From a virus (taxonomy: Duplodnaviria > Caudoviricetes), in IMG/VR virus record IMGVR_UViG_3300043654_000004, positions 1-55,445 of that record: DNA of 55,445 nt. One strand, given 5' to 3'. Under the pieces are notes generated by a model that saw nothing but the letters and a program-made list of their open reading frames with translations, searched no databases and was not told the origin of the DNA. Numbering within the stretch: the stretch's first letter is position 1; each line of letters begins with the position of its first letter. This document shows, in pieces, positions 1-7,363 of this stretch. The translations under genes were made by a program, and so were the position numbers.

Positions 1-448
1 TTGGAATAGTCGTTGGCGCGTAAGCAGAGTTAACCGGAATCTTAGGCGCTTCGACAAGCGTCTGACTATTACCGACATCAGAAACTGATCCGCCAGCGCT
101 TTGATTGTTATTTGTCGAACTCTGACTTTGATCTTGTTTCTGCTTCTGACCTTGATTCTGGTTAGAAGATGAAGTAGATGATGAATTAGAATTCGCGTTA
201 GCGCTTGAATTAGAACTTGAATTCGACGTTGACGAAGAAGTAACCGGAGACTTAGGATCAGCAGTCGGCAACGTCATACATTCAAACGTCAATCCGTTAT
301 CGACTACGACCTGTCCGGGGCCATCTCCAACACCATTGCCGACCGTACCTGTAGGAACTTGTACACGAACTTGTCCGCTTTGAGAACAATTCCAAGCAAA
401 AGCAGGAATACAGAACAGCATAAAAATTACTGCAATAACAATTTTCAC
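1..448 (-). CDS. Secreted Ser/Asn/Gln-rich protein, 3' end outside the window (absent from ORF track)
   Basis: GTG start at 448 after SD AGGAGG; translates MKIVIAVIFMLFCIPAFA-WNCSQSGQVRVQVP... (signal peptide ending A-F-A) followed by a low-complexity S/N/Q tract; frame open to the window edge. Confidence 0.8.
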   Translation of the reverse strand, partial: MKIVIAVIFMLFCIPAFAWNCSQSGQVRVQVPTGTVGNGVGDGPGQVVVDNGLTFECMTLPTADPKSPVTSSSTSNSSSNSSANANSNSSSTSSSNQNQGQKQKQDQSQSSTNNNQSAGGSVSDVGNSQTLVEAPKIPVNSAYAPTTIP

Positions 449-461
449 TTACCCTCCTAAA

Positions 462-788
462 ATTTGCCCCGATTCTGTTTCGAGGTTCGGGGCCAACCCA
501 AGCTACTTTGGTTTAGGCCGCAGCAGCAGCAAATGCGCGTGGCTTTTCAGTCATGGCATTTTTGATTATGTGTCAGATTAACGAGAGCCACATCGACTCG
601 AAACGTCCACTGCCTCTTTAATGCCCCTGTCGAATCTACGCATCCCCGCTCAAGGCTCTTAACCTTCAGCGAGGATGGTGGAGATGTCCGGGGGTCGCAC
701 CCGGAGTCCAGAAACAAAAGAAACAGCTTCATACGTTTATAACTTGGGCGACTTTCGCCGCCTCCACCAGTAAACTTAAAAAGCTTAC
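462..788 (-). ncRNA. ssrA: Circularly permuted (two-piece) tmRNA gene
   Basis: Minus strand order: acceptor piece ending GAC-TCCGGG-TGCGACC-CCCGGA-CATCTCC-ACCA (708-676), 28-nt intervening segment (675-648), then coding piece starting GGGGATG (647-641) that pairs with CATCTCC including G3.U70; GATTCGAC motif; long helix 2 complementarity; PK1 (CGAG/CTCG with ATGTG/CACAT); tag frame 557-513; terminal hairpin GCCCCGA/TCGGGGC. Outer ends approximate. Confidence 0.93.
513..557 (-). other. tmRNA tag reading frame, (A)AMTEKPRAFAAAAA*
   Basis: Resume codon GCC after A-rich AATCAAAAAT just downstream of PK1; ends in an Ala run and TAA as expected for ssrA tags. Confidence 0.85.
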
Positions 789-794
789 TTTTTA

Positions 795-823
795 ATATTA
801 CCATTCAACATATTCATTGTCAA
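795..823 (-). promoter_or_regulatory. Sigma70-type promoter for the tmRNA gene
   Basis: TTGACA (823-818), 17 nt, TAATAT (800-795), with TG of an extended -10. Confidence 0.75.
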
Positions 824-998
824 GCTTTATTTCTTCTTTTTCTAAAAATAAATGATAAAAAGTTGCGTTAAGGTGCCAACCAACAACACAACCTGTTAAT
901 ATCTTTCTCGTCTTTGATCGGCAATCAAAGGCTTCAATTAGTCCGACTAGCGCCAAAGCACCGTGAATCAAAGCCTTAAGATTCTTTTCCTTCATCAT
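798..998 (-). CDS. Small hypothetical protein with hydrophobic segments
   Basis: ATG overlapping the polymerase stop (ATGA); MMKEKNLKALIHGALALVGLIEAF...; 66 aa. Confidence 0.6.
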   Translation of the reverse strand: MMKEKNLKALIHGALALVGLIEAFDCRSKTRKILTGCVVGWHLNATFYHLFLEKEEIKLDNEYVEW

Positions 999-2950
999 GC
1001 CTTCTTGTACCTTTGACCTGCGTAACCTTCCACAGCCAACGGAATATCCAACCCCCACTTTGGTCGATTTGTCATACATTCTTCAAATTGCTTATACGTC
1101 AAATTCGATAGAAGTTTTACAAGAGCTACAAGCTCATCATGGACGTGTAGCACAATTTCAAACCCCGCTTCAGTCACGTTCATCATCCCGTTAACAAGAA
1201 TATCTCTAGCAATCGCCTGAACTACATTTTCTACAATTGCCGAACCTCGGGCTTCAATTACCCCCCAACCGCCGCCTTTCCCGCCCGGACCATTATAATT
1301 TAACACTTTATTGTTATATAAGTCAAGTCCTATTGTTGGATTGTCGTAATGAAGCGCCCGACCCGAAGGAAGAATAATATGCAACATTTTCGGGTCCCGG
1401 CCATCAATCCGAAGCGGGCCAAGTTGAAACTGTTCTTTTAACATGACCGCCCGAACGACTGTTAACCCCATTGATTTCCAATAAGATACGACTTCAGGGT
1501 AAGCCTCTCGCCATGCCCAAACTAACTCTTGAGCTTCTTCTAGGGTGATCTTCTGTCCCATCTGGAGCGCGTAGGCGACTAGCCGAGCAGCGCCCATCCC
1601 AAAGCCACAACCTAGGACCGGAGACTTACAAAAGTTTCGTTGTTCTTTAGTGATTAAGTCGTAAGCAATTTTAAACTTTAGAACAGCAAAGGACTTGTAT
1701 GGATCAAGACCATTCTTGAAGACTTCAAGCATTCCGGGACATTGGGCAAGCCAAGCAAGAACCCGATTCTCGATAGATGAATAATCAGCGACGAATAATT
1801 GACTTCCTTCTGGAGCGCAAACACTTCCTCGGAGAGTTCCCCCCACAGCTTCAACTGGATGAATATTCTCTGGAAAATCCAACCCTTCTAAAATCGCCTT
1901 TATAATCGCGTCATTATTTTCAGCTACTCGTTTAGTTGGTTTTAACAGATTATGAAATTGAACTCCTCGGCTTGCCCATCTTCCGGTATGGGCAGAGTGG
2001 TAGGTGAAAGCTTCGCAAAGCCGATTCTCTCGGGTTCTTTGCTGGATGACAGGTAACTTCTTAAACGCAATCCCGCCTAAAAGTTGTTTTAGTTCAAGAA
2101 CATCTCGAACTTTGAACGAATCAAGAGACGTTAATTTATTGTTTTCCAAAGCCGCAGAAATGTGACTTTTATCCAGAGATTCTAATGCATAACCTTGTTC
2201 GGCAAGCCAATTGCCTAACTGTTGAACTGAATTTGGATTCTTAACTCCGGTCAATTTCTTCATCTCATCTAAAATTATTGCCCGACTTTCTTCTACTCGG
2301 GCCAAAGCTTTGCCGACGAAGTTCAAGTCAATAGGAACTCCGCGCTGATTAATCTTCTGATCCAGAATCCACGTCTTTCTTTCGATTTCAGGGAAGGGGT
2401 GTTTCTTTTCGAGTTCGTGTAAATTTGCCCGTTCTGCTATGACATCCTGTTTACAATAATCCATGAACTTAGCCCATTCTTCAGGATTAGTTTCAGCATT
2501 CTTGAAATGGCTAGGAACTTTCTTTGTTCCCTTGGCCGGGGTGCAAAACGTCTTAATCAATTTCTTGCCTTCGGGATTTTTAAGATAGGCGACATCTAAT
2601 CCTAGCGCTTCGCCTGCGTCGTCCAACTTGCCCGGATATCCGAGATATCGGGCGTAGGCCATAGGGTCAAACCATTCTTCGATCTTAAGCATTATACCAA
2701 GTACAAAGGAAATAATTGCAAACTCGAAAGAAGCGTTCCAAGCGATCTTAGTAACGCTCGGGTCTGTCAAGGCCGATTTTACCTTAGCGGGCATTTCTTC
2801 CGAACCGGGCAAATACATTGAAACCGGGTCATCATTGAAGGCATAAGCGAGCATAAGTACTTTAGTATCAGGATGATGGGCATAGACATCCGTACCTACT
2901 TTCTTCAAGTTCGCAATTGCCGAAGTTTCTAGGTCTAGGTGCAATCTCAT
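995..2950 (-). CDS. Family A DNA polymerase, phage type, with 3'-5' exonuclease
   Basis: Exo motifs DLET, WNASFE, YCKQDV; polymerase motifs HTGRWAS, DYSSIENRV (A), RNFCKSPVLGCGFG (B), VHDE (C). Confidence 0.95.
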   Translation of the reverse strand: MRLHLDLETSAIANLKKVGTDVYAHHPDTKVLMLAYAFNDDPVSMYLPGSEEMPAKVKSALTDPSVTKIAWNASFEFAIISFVLGIMLKIEEWFDPMAYARYLGYPGKLDDAGEALGLDVAYLKNPEGKKLIKTFCTPAKGTKKVPSHFKNAETNPEEWAKFMDYCKQDVIAERANLHELEKKHPFPEIERKTWILDQKINQRGVPIDLNFVGKALARVEESRAIILDEMKKLTGVKNPNSVQQLGNWLAEQGYALESLDKSHISAALENNKLTSLDSFKVRDVLELKQLLGGIAFKKLPVIQQRTRENRLCEAFTYHSAHTGRWASRGVQFHNLLKPTKRVAENNDAIIKAILEGLDFPENIHPVEAVGGTLRGSVCAPEGSQLFVADYSSIENRVLAWLAQCPGMLEVFKNGLDPYKSFAVLKFKIAYDLITKEQRNFCKSPVLGCGFGMGAARLVAYALQMGQKITLEEAQELVWAWREAYPEVVSYWKSMGLTVVRAVMLKEQFQLGPLRIDGRDPKMLHIILPSGRALHYDNPTIGLDLYNNKVLNYNGPGGKGGGWGVIEARGSAIVENVVQAIARDILVNGMMNVTEAGFEIVLHVHDELVALVKLLSNLTYKQFEECMTNRPKWGLDIPLAVEGYAGQRYKKA

Positions 2951-3004
2951 AACTTCTTTGTTTTCAGTATTAGTCGCACACTGCGTATCAGTATTAAGTA
3001 TATA

Positions 3005-3069
3005 TATAGTTATTATAGTTATTATAGTTATTATAGTTATTATAGTTATTATAGTTATTATAGTTATTA
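3005..3069. repeat. Seven tandem copies of TATAGTTAT; candidate replication origin
   Basis: Perfect 9-bp repeat 3005-3067 between primase and polymerase genes; adjacent inverted repeat TGTCTCA-TTT-TGAGACA at 3083-3099. Confidence 0.85.
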
Positions 3070-3076
3070 ACGGAGA

Positions 3077-4498
3077 TCATTTTGTCTCATTTTGAGACAC
3101 ATTCGACATCGACTGAATAAATTTGAAACTATCTATTCTTCGTTTAGCCCGGAATACGGTTGATCGTGAAATTCCTAGTTCTGCCGCTCGGTTGACTAAA
3201 TTGTCAGAACTTTCGCGTAGCATTTGTGCTATTTTCTCGGTGTTTGACTTATTCGCATTTTCAATCACGATTGATTGCTTCGGAGGTTTAGGTCCACATA
3301 AATATTTTCCATTTAGGGTTATAGTTATTGTTTCCCAAATGAAAGGCTCTTTCCCAGATTGAGATTCTATGAACTTTTTAAATCCTTTCCAATTCTTAAG
3401 TTGTTGACAATGAGCATGATGGCAGAAGAATCCATATTGTCCAGATAGGCGCACTGATGCGATAGCCTCAAATTCACCGCCATTCATTGTATGCTCTGAG
3501 GCATTCGGACATGTACATGGTATAGTTATATATTCTTCTGATTGTCGAACCGAACCATAATCTACTTCGTAATAGTCTAAATATGCCTTTAATCGTTCAA
3601 CCTTATGTCTAAGTTCTTTATCATCAACAACTTCATCGTTAGGATTGAAATGCGTGAATTCGTCTTCTGCTGGTTTATATTCGTTAGCCACTGATTCTAA
3701 TAGACTTAGCGTAGCGATTTCTTTGCTGGCGAAATGAAGAACCTTACTTTGTCTATTAGGTCGATCAGGAGAGGGCGGGCCTTTGTAAACTATTGTACCT
3801 GCCGCCTTTGTAATCCGAGCGGCATTAAACATTCCTTCGTCAACCATCGCAGTTCCGAATTTTCTGGCGAACTTTGCGCTTATTGATTTTAGGAATTTCT
3901 TTACTAAGATCAATGATTCTAACGAGTTAGGAATGCCTACACGGAGATAAACATGATGGCCATTTCCTGAATTAGTTAGTCCAGTCTTAGGAAAGCCTTT
4001 CTTAGTTAGCCATTCTCGGATTGTCATAGCCATGTCAAGTGTATCGGCATGTTCTTGTTCAGAGCTATTCGTTCCGGCAGGCTGGCCCGCGTCTATGTCG
4101 ATTAGTACCCAATGTCGAGCTAAAATATCTTGATCTTCGGACATTCGCATGGAATAATGCGTTTTACCCGACTCCCAACTTACACTTTTCTTCATTCTTG
4201 GTTCTAGTGGAAGTCCTTTGTTTTGAAGCTCTTGGCGTAGAGTTGAACTGCCGACATAAGCTTGATTATTGACTTCCTGCCAAGACTGTTTGAGTGGATT
4301 GAGAGTTACATAAACCGTTTGCTGCTTCTGTGTATTTATATACTCAATAGCTTCAGCAAGTCGGTCAAGATCGTCAAAGAAGCCCGAAGTAGTAGAAGAA
4401 AATTCTACTTCATGCTTTCTAGGGACGCGCATCTCAACGACATCTCCTTGATTATAAAGGAGATCGAGGCCCTTACGAATTTCGAGTAATTTAGACAT
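3077..4498 (-). CDS. AEP-superfamily primase/replication protein with Zn-binding module and C-terminal HTH
   Basis: WVLIDID (DxD) and SGNGHHVY motifs; CPNASEH...FCHHAHC Zn module; AAELGISRSTVFR helix-turn-helix. Confidence 0.8.
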   Translation of the reverse strand: MSKLLEIRKGLDLLYNQGDVVEMRVPRKHEVEFSSTTSGFFDDLDRLAEAIEYINTQKQQTVYVTLNPLKQSWQEVNNQAYVGSSTLRQELQNKGLPLEPRMKKSVSWESGKTHYSMRMSEDQDILARHWVLIDIDAGQPAGTNSSEQEHADTLDMAMTIREWLTKKGFPKTGLTNSGNGHHVYLRVGIPNSLESLILVKKFLKSISAKFARKFGTAMVDEGMFNAARITKAAGTIVYKGPPSPDRPNRQSKVLHFASKEIATLSLLESVANEYKPAEDEFTHFNPNDEVVDDKELRHKVERLKAYLDYYEVDYGSVRQSEEYITIPCTCPNASEHTMNGGEFEAIASVRLSGQYGFFCHHAHCQQLKNWKGFKKFIESQSGKEPFIWETITITLNGKYLCGPKPPKQSIVIENANKSNTEKIAQMLRESSDNLVNRAAELGISRSTVFRAKRRIDSFKFIQSMSNVSQNETK

Positions 4499-4574
4499 AA
4501 AATGAATTGCGCGGTAACGATTCAGATGTTTCCGAATTTCACGGAGTCAAATCACAGGCTACCGCGCAAACTTG

Positions 4575-5009
4575 TTAGATTTCCTCTGCTAGTTGACGTT
4601 GACGACGCGGACGTGCAACCGAGTCGAGGTTAGCGTACTTGCGACCATTCTTGCTATCAGTGTGAATGATATTGACTGTTACCTCCATATTGACAAGATC
4701 GGCTAATTCAACTGGACGATCAGTAGCGATGCCAAGCCCGCGTAGACGTTTGCCTAGACGAGCCTTTTCACCCATAGATTGAGACATGCTTTCAAACACT
4801 TTCATGGGTTGTCCGGTTTTATCATTTTCGTCTGTAATAGTGTAAGTTAGACGAACTCGACGTTCTTCTTTTTGATAAACTTCGTTTTTGACCATACCTA
4901 GGTCGGTCACTTCTGAAATAACAGCAGTATGTAATCCCGGTTCTGGAAGTTCGTAAACGGTAGGTTCTACGATTACCGATCCTTGGACCTTCGTAGCAGT
5001 TTGTGTCAT
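4575..5009 (-). CDS. Putative phage ssDNA-binding protein (OB-fold type)
   Basis: YELPEPGLHTAVISEVTDLG...MGEKARL...YANL pattern; located in the replication operon. Confidence 0.6.
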   Translation of the reverse strand: MTQTATKVQGSVIVEPTVYELPEPGLHTAVISEVTDLGMVKNEVYQKEERRVRLTYTITDENDKTGQPMKVFESMSQSMGEKARLGKRLRGLGIATDRPVELADLVNMEVTVNIIHTDSKNGRKYANLDSVARPRRQRQLAEEI

Positions 5010-5061
5010 TGGTTTTCCTTTAGGTGTTACAAAGCGGGCGAATCCCGCGCCTTACTTAACT

Positions 5062-5090
5062 ACTATAAGGGACTTTTGGCTATTTGTCAA
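5062..5090 (-). promoter_or_regulatory. Leftward sigma70-type promoter (replication operon)
   Basis: TTGACA (5090-5085), 17 nt, TATAGT (5067-5062). Confidence 0.75.
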
Positions 5091-5104
5091 GAAGAAAATA
5101 ACAC

Positions 5105-5133
5105 TTGACAAAGAATTTTTATTAGGGTATCAT
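5105..5133 (+). promoter_or_regulatory. Rightward sigma70-type promoter
   Basis: TTGACA (5105-5110), 17 nt, TATCAT (5128-5133). Confidence 0.75.
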
Positions 5134-5177
5134 TAAGAAATAGTATAGTAGTTTTTCTAAATAGAAAGAGAGGTTAA

Positions 5178-5393
5178 GTGCCGCGTAAGTTTAAGAAAGT
5201 AAAGGATTTGAGAGGAGAAGACCCAGAATCACAAAGTTATTGGGATGAGATATTGAGGCGAAAGGGATTATCTATGTCAGCGGGGCGAAATGAAAAACTA
5301 TCTTACGTAGGCGATTCGTCTCATCTTGAGACAGTAAATGACATGCACACAACTGATACAGGACGAGTTGTACCTAAAGATGGCGCAGAATAA
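5178..5393 (+). CDS. Hypothetical protein
   Basis: GTG start after GAGG, directly downstream of the promoter. Confidence 0.65.
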   Translation: MPRKFKKVKDLRGEDPESQSYWDEILRRKGLSMSAGRNEKLSYVGDSSHLETVNDMHTTDTGRVVPKDGAE

Positions 5394-5690
5394 ATTTTAT
5401 TTTCATTGATTCTAAAGGACTTAGCATAAGAAACACCCCATAAAACCCTAAGTCAGCATGTATGTGTGAAGGGGAGGAGAACCACCTTTGGCCCGACGAG
5501 TGCCTTCCTATGAGGTATATCACGGAAGTGGACTCAACTTAGTAAAACTCGTCAAATTTTATACTGTACAATCTACACAGAAACGGCGGGACCTACCTCC
5601 TCCTAGATGGCAATCCCATCTATGGTTCCGCCGATATCGGGCTAGCGTAGAATCTGCCAAGGTTCCGCTAGCCCATTTCACAGGAGGAAC

Positions 5691-6086
5691 ATGTCAAATT
5701 TATATCAAAGTACTGACGGAACGCTTGAACAGATTGCCGAAGTAATTCATGTTCGGCCCGATATTCATGTCAATCAAAGGGCTAAACTCGCCCGAGAAGA
5801 ACAAGACAAACGGCAAGCTGAAGAGACTAAAGCGAAGATTGAACAGCGAGAGGCGCAGACGCGGTTTGAGACGATTCGTAATTTATTGACGGTTGTAAAT
5901 AATCCAACTTCCGACGAGGCAATTGTCATTCGGGCAAATCGAGAACTTGAAAAATTTCGCGGAGATAAAAACGTAGACGAGCATTTTCAGTTTCTTGAGG
6001 ACGAGAAGAAACGGGCTGCTTATAAAGCACAACGCGACGCATGGCATAAACGCGCACAAGCACTGAAAGAAAAGGCAATTAAATAG
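5691..6086 (+). CDS. Hypothetical coiled-coil protein
   Basis: SD AGGAGG; charged helical sequence. Confidence 0.75.
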   Translation: MSNLYQSTDGTLEQIAEVIHVRPDIHVNQRAKLAREEQDKRQAEETKAKIEQREAQTRFETIRNLLTVVNNPTSDEAIVIRANRELEKFRGDKNVDEHFQFLEDEKKRAAYKAQRDAWHKRAQALKEKAIK

Positions 6087-6094
6087 GGGGAGAA

Positions 6095-6418
6095 ATGCTA
6101 AGAGAGTATAAACCAACAAAGTTTGACGCAAATTATTATGGCGAACAAGTTCAGGGTAATCCAGCGGTTTTAGCGCAACCGAGCAAATCTTATAATCCAC
6201 CAGAGCAGTTGCCGCCATTCGCTTCAGCGTCGTCAAAGCCACTAGAAAATATTGCTAAACTGAACTTTGTTACTCAAGATGAATTAGAAGAACTGAAGAC
6301 TTCGATAAACGACTCGTTTTCCGAGGTTGTAAATCTTCATCTTGAGTTACGGCGCGATCTTGATTTAATCCTTGAACGGCTTGATAAACATAATGCGAGA
6401 AGCGGGCATAAAATCTAG
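6095..6418 (+). CDS. Hypothetical protein
   Basis: SD GGGGAG; operon spacing. Confidence 0.7.
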   Translation: MLREYKPTKFDANYYGEQVQGNPAVLAQPSKSYNPPEQLPPFASASSKPLENIAKLNFVTQDELEELKTSINDSFSEVVNLHLELRRDLDLILERLDKHNARSGHKI

Positions 6419-6427
6419 AGGAGATTT

Positions 6428-7177
6428 ATGACTGTCGGCCTTTCTGTATATAATCCTAAATTGTTAATTGGCGTTATTGCATGTCACCATAGAGCGCCCC
6501 ATCTTAACGCAATTAGAAATACTTGGCTTCCTGATACAAAGAATCGTTGTGACTATAGATTTTTCTTTGGACGTGGGCAACACGCGAACACACAACCTGA
6601 TGAAGTAATTATGGATTGTGATGATGCCTATCGTGGGCTTGCTTGCAAGGTCAAGGCAGCTTGTGAATGGGCACTTGAACATGGATATGAAGAATTTTAT
6701 AAGGTAGACGACGATACATATGTACGACCTGAACGAGTTGTTCGGGCTGGATTTGAGAAATATGATTACGTAGGAATGAAAAATGGCCCTACGGACAAAT
6801 ACCACGAATGTATTTATGCTCGCGGAGGAGCGGGATATTATCTTAGCAAACGAGCATTAGAAGCGCTTGCTGCCGCGCCAATTCCTAATCCTGATATTCC
6901 GAAAGATTACGCTGAAGATTCTTGGGTCGGTCGGATAACAGCCGAAGCAGGAATTGAATGTACGAATGACGACCGAGTTCGTTGCGCTGATTTCAGTGGG
7001 CCGAATCGTAGTCCTCGGCCAACGGGAAGTACAACTTGGAAACGAGATGTTCCAACACTTCATAATAAAATAATTTCAACATGCGAATTTCTCGGTTCTG
7101 AAATGTTGCAAGTTCATGATGAGTGGATAAAGTCTCAAGAACGGCATACGGCGTTAATGAGTAAGATTAAAATTTAA
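6428..7177 (+). CDS. GT31-like (beta-1,3-galactosyltransferase/Fringe-like) glycosyltransferase
   Basis: IRNTW, DAYRGLACKV, KVDDDTYV, GGAGYYLS, AEDSWVG motifs. Confidence 0.85.
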   Translation: MTVGLSVYNPKLLIGVIACHHRAPHLNAIRNTWLPDTKNRCDYRFFFGRGQHANTQPDEVIMDCDDAYRGLACKVKAACEWALEHGYEEFYKVDDDTYVRPERVVRAGFEKYDYVGMKNGPTDKYHECIYARGGAGYYLSKRALEALAAAPIPNPDIPKDYAEDSWVGRITAEAGIECTNDDRVRCADFSGPNRSPRPTGSTTWKRDVPTLHNKIISTCEFLGSEMLQVHDEWIKSQERHTALMSKIKI

Positions 7178-7211
7178 GTTTTAGATCGTTTCGATTCGCT
7201 ATCGGAGCGCG

Positions 7212-7249
7212 GGGGAGGTGCCTCAAACGCCTTCCCATCTTTTTTGAGG
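7212..7249 (+). promoter_or_regulatory. H-type pseudoknot that can sequester a Shine-Dalgarno sequence
   Basis: 9-bp stem 7212-7220/7228-7236; loop CCTCAAA exactly complementary to TTTGAGG (7243-7249) upstream of ATG 7255. Confidence 0.6.
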
Positions 7250-7254
7250 AAAGA

Positions 7255-7362
7255 ATGATTAATTTTTATTGCTATATTTGGTTGCGCTACAGTTAGGTAA
7301 AAAACATTCTGAAGAAACGAAACAAAAGATGAGAGAAGCACACGATAAACGTCGGAGGAAAA
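7255..7362 (+). pseudogene. Internally deleted GIY-YIG/NUMOD3 homing endonuclease remnant
   Basis: MINFYCYIWLR start joined out of frame to NUMOD3-like LGKKHSEETKQKMREAH. Confidence 0.6.
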
Positions 7363-7363
7363 A

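Noticed and set aside
641-708. Stand-alone tRNA-Ala
   Set aside because: No anticodon arm; the halves are in permuted order and linked to PK1 and a tag frame, so it is tmRNA
547-804. 85-aa ORF on the minus strand
   Set aside because: It overlaps the tmRNA gene and starts inside its promoter; the sequence is explained by RNA structure
3005-3069. CRISPR array
   Set aside because: Contiguous 9-bp repeats with no spacers and no cas genes
5584-5633. HDV-like ribozyme suggested by a CCUCCUC loop
   Set aside because: Could not assign the nested P1/P2/P1.1/P4 topology
5488-5745. 85-aa ORF
   Set aside because: Overlaps the well-supported 5691 gene and lies in a region dominated by RNA stems; not fully excluded because an SD-like sequence lies upstream
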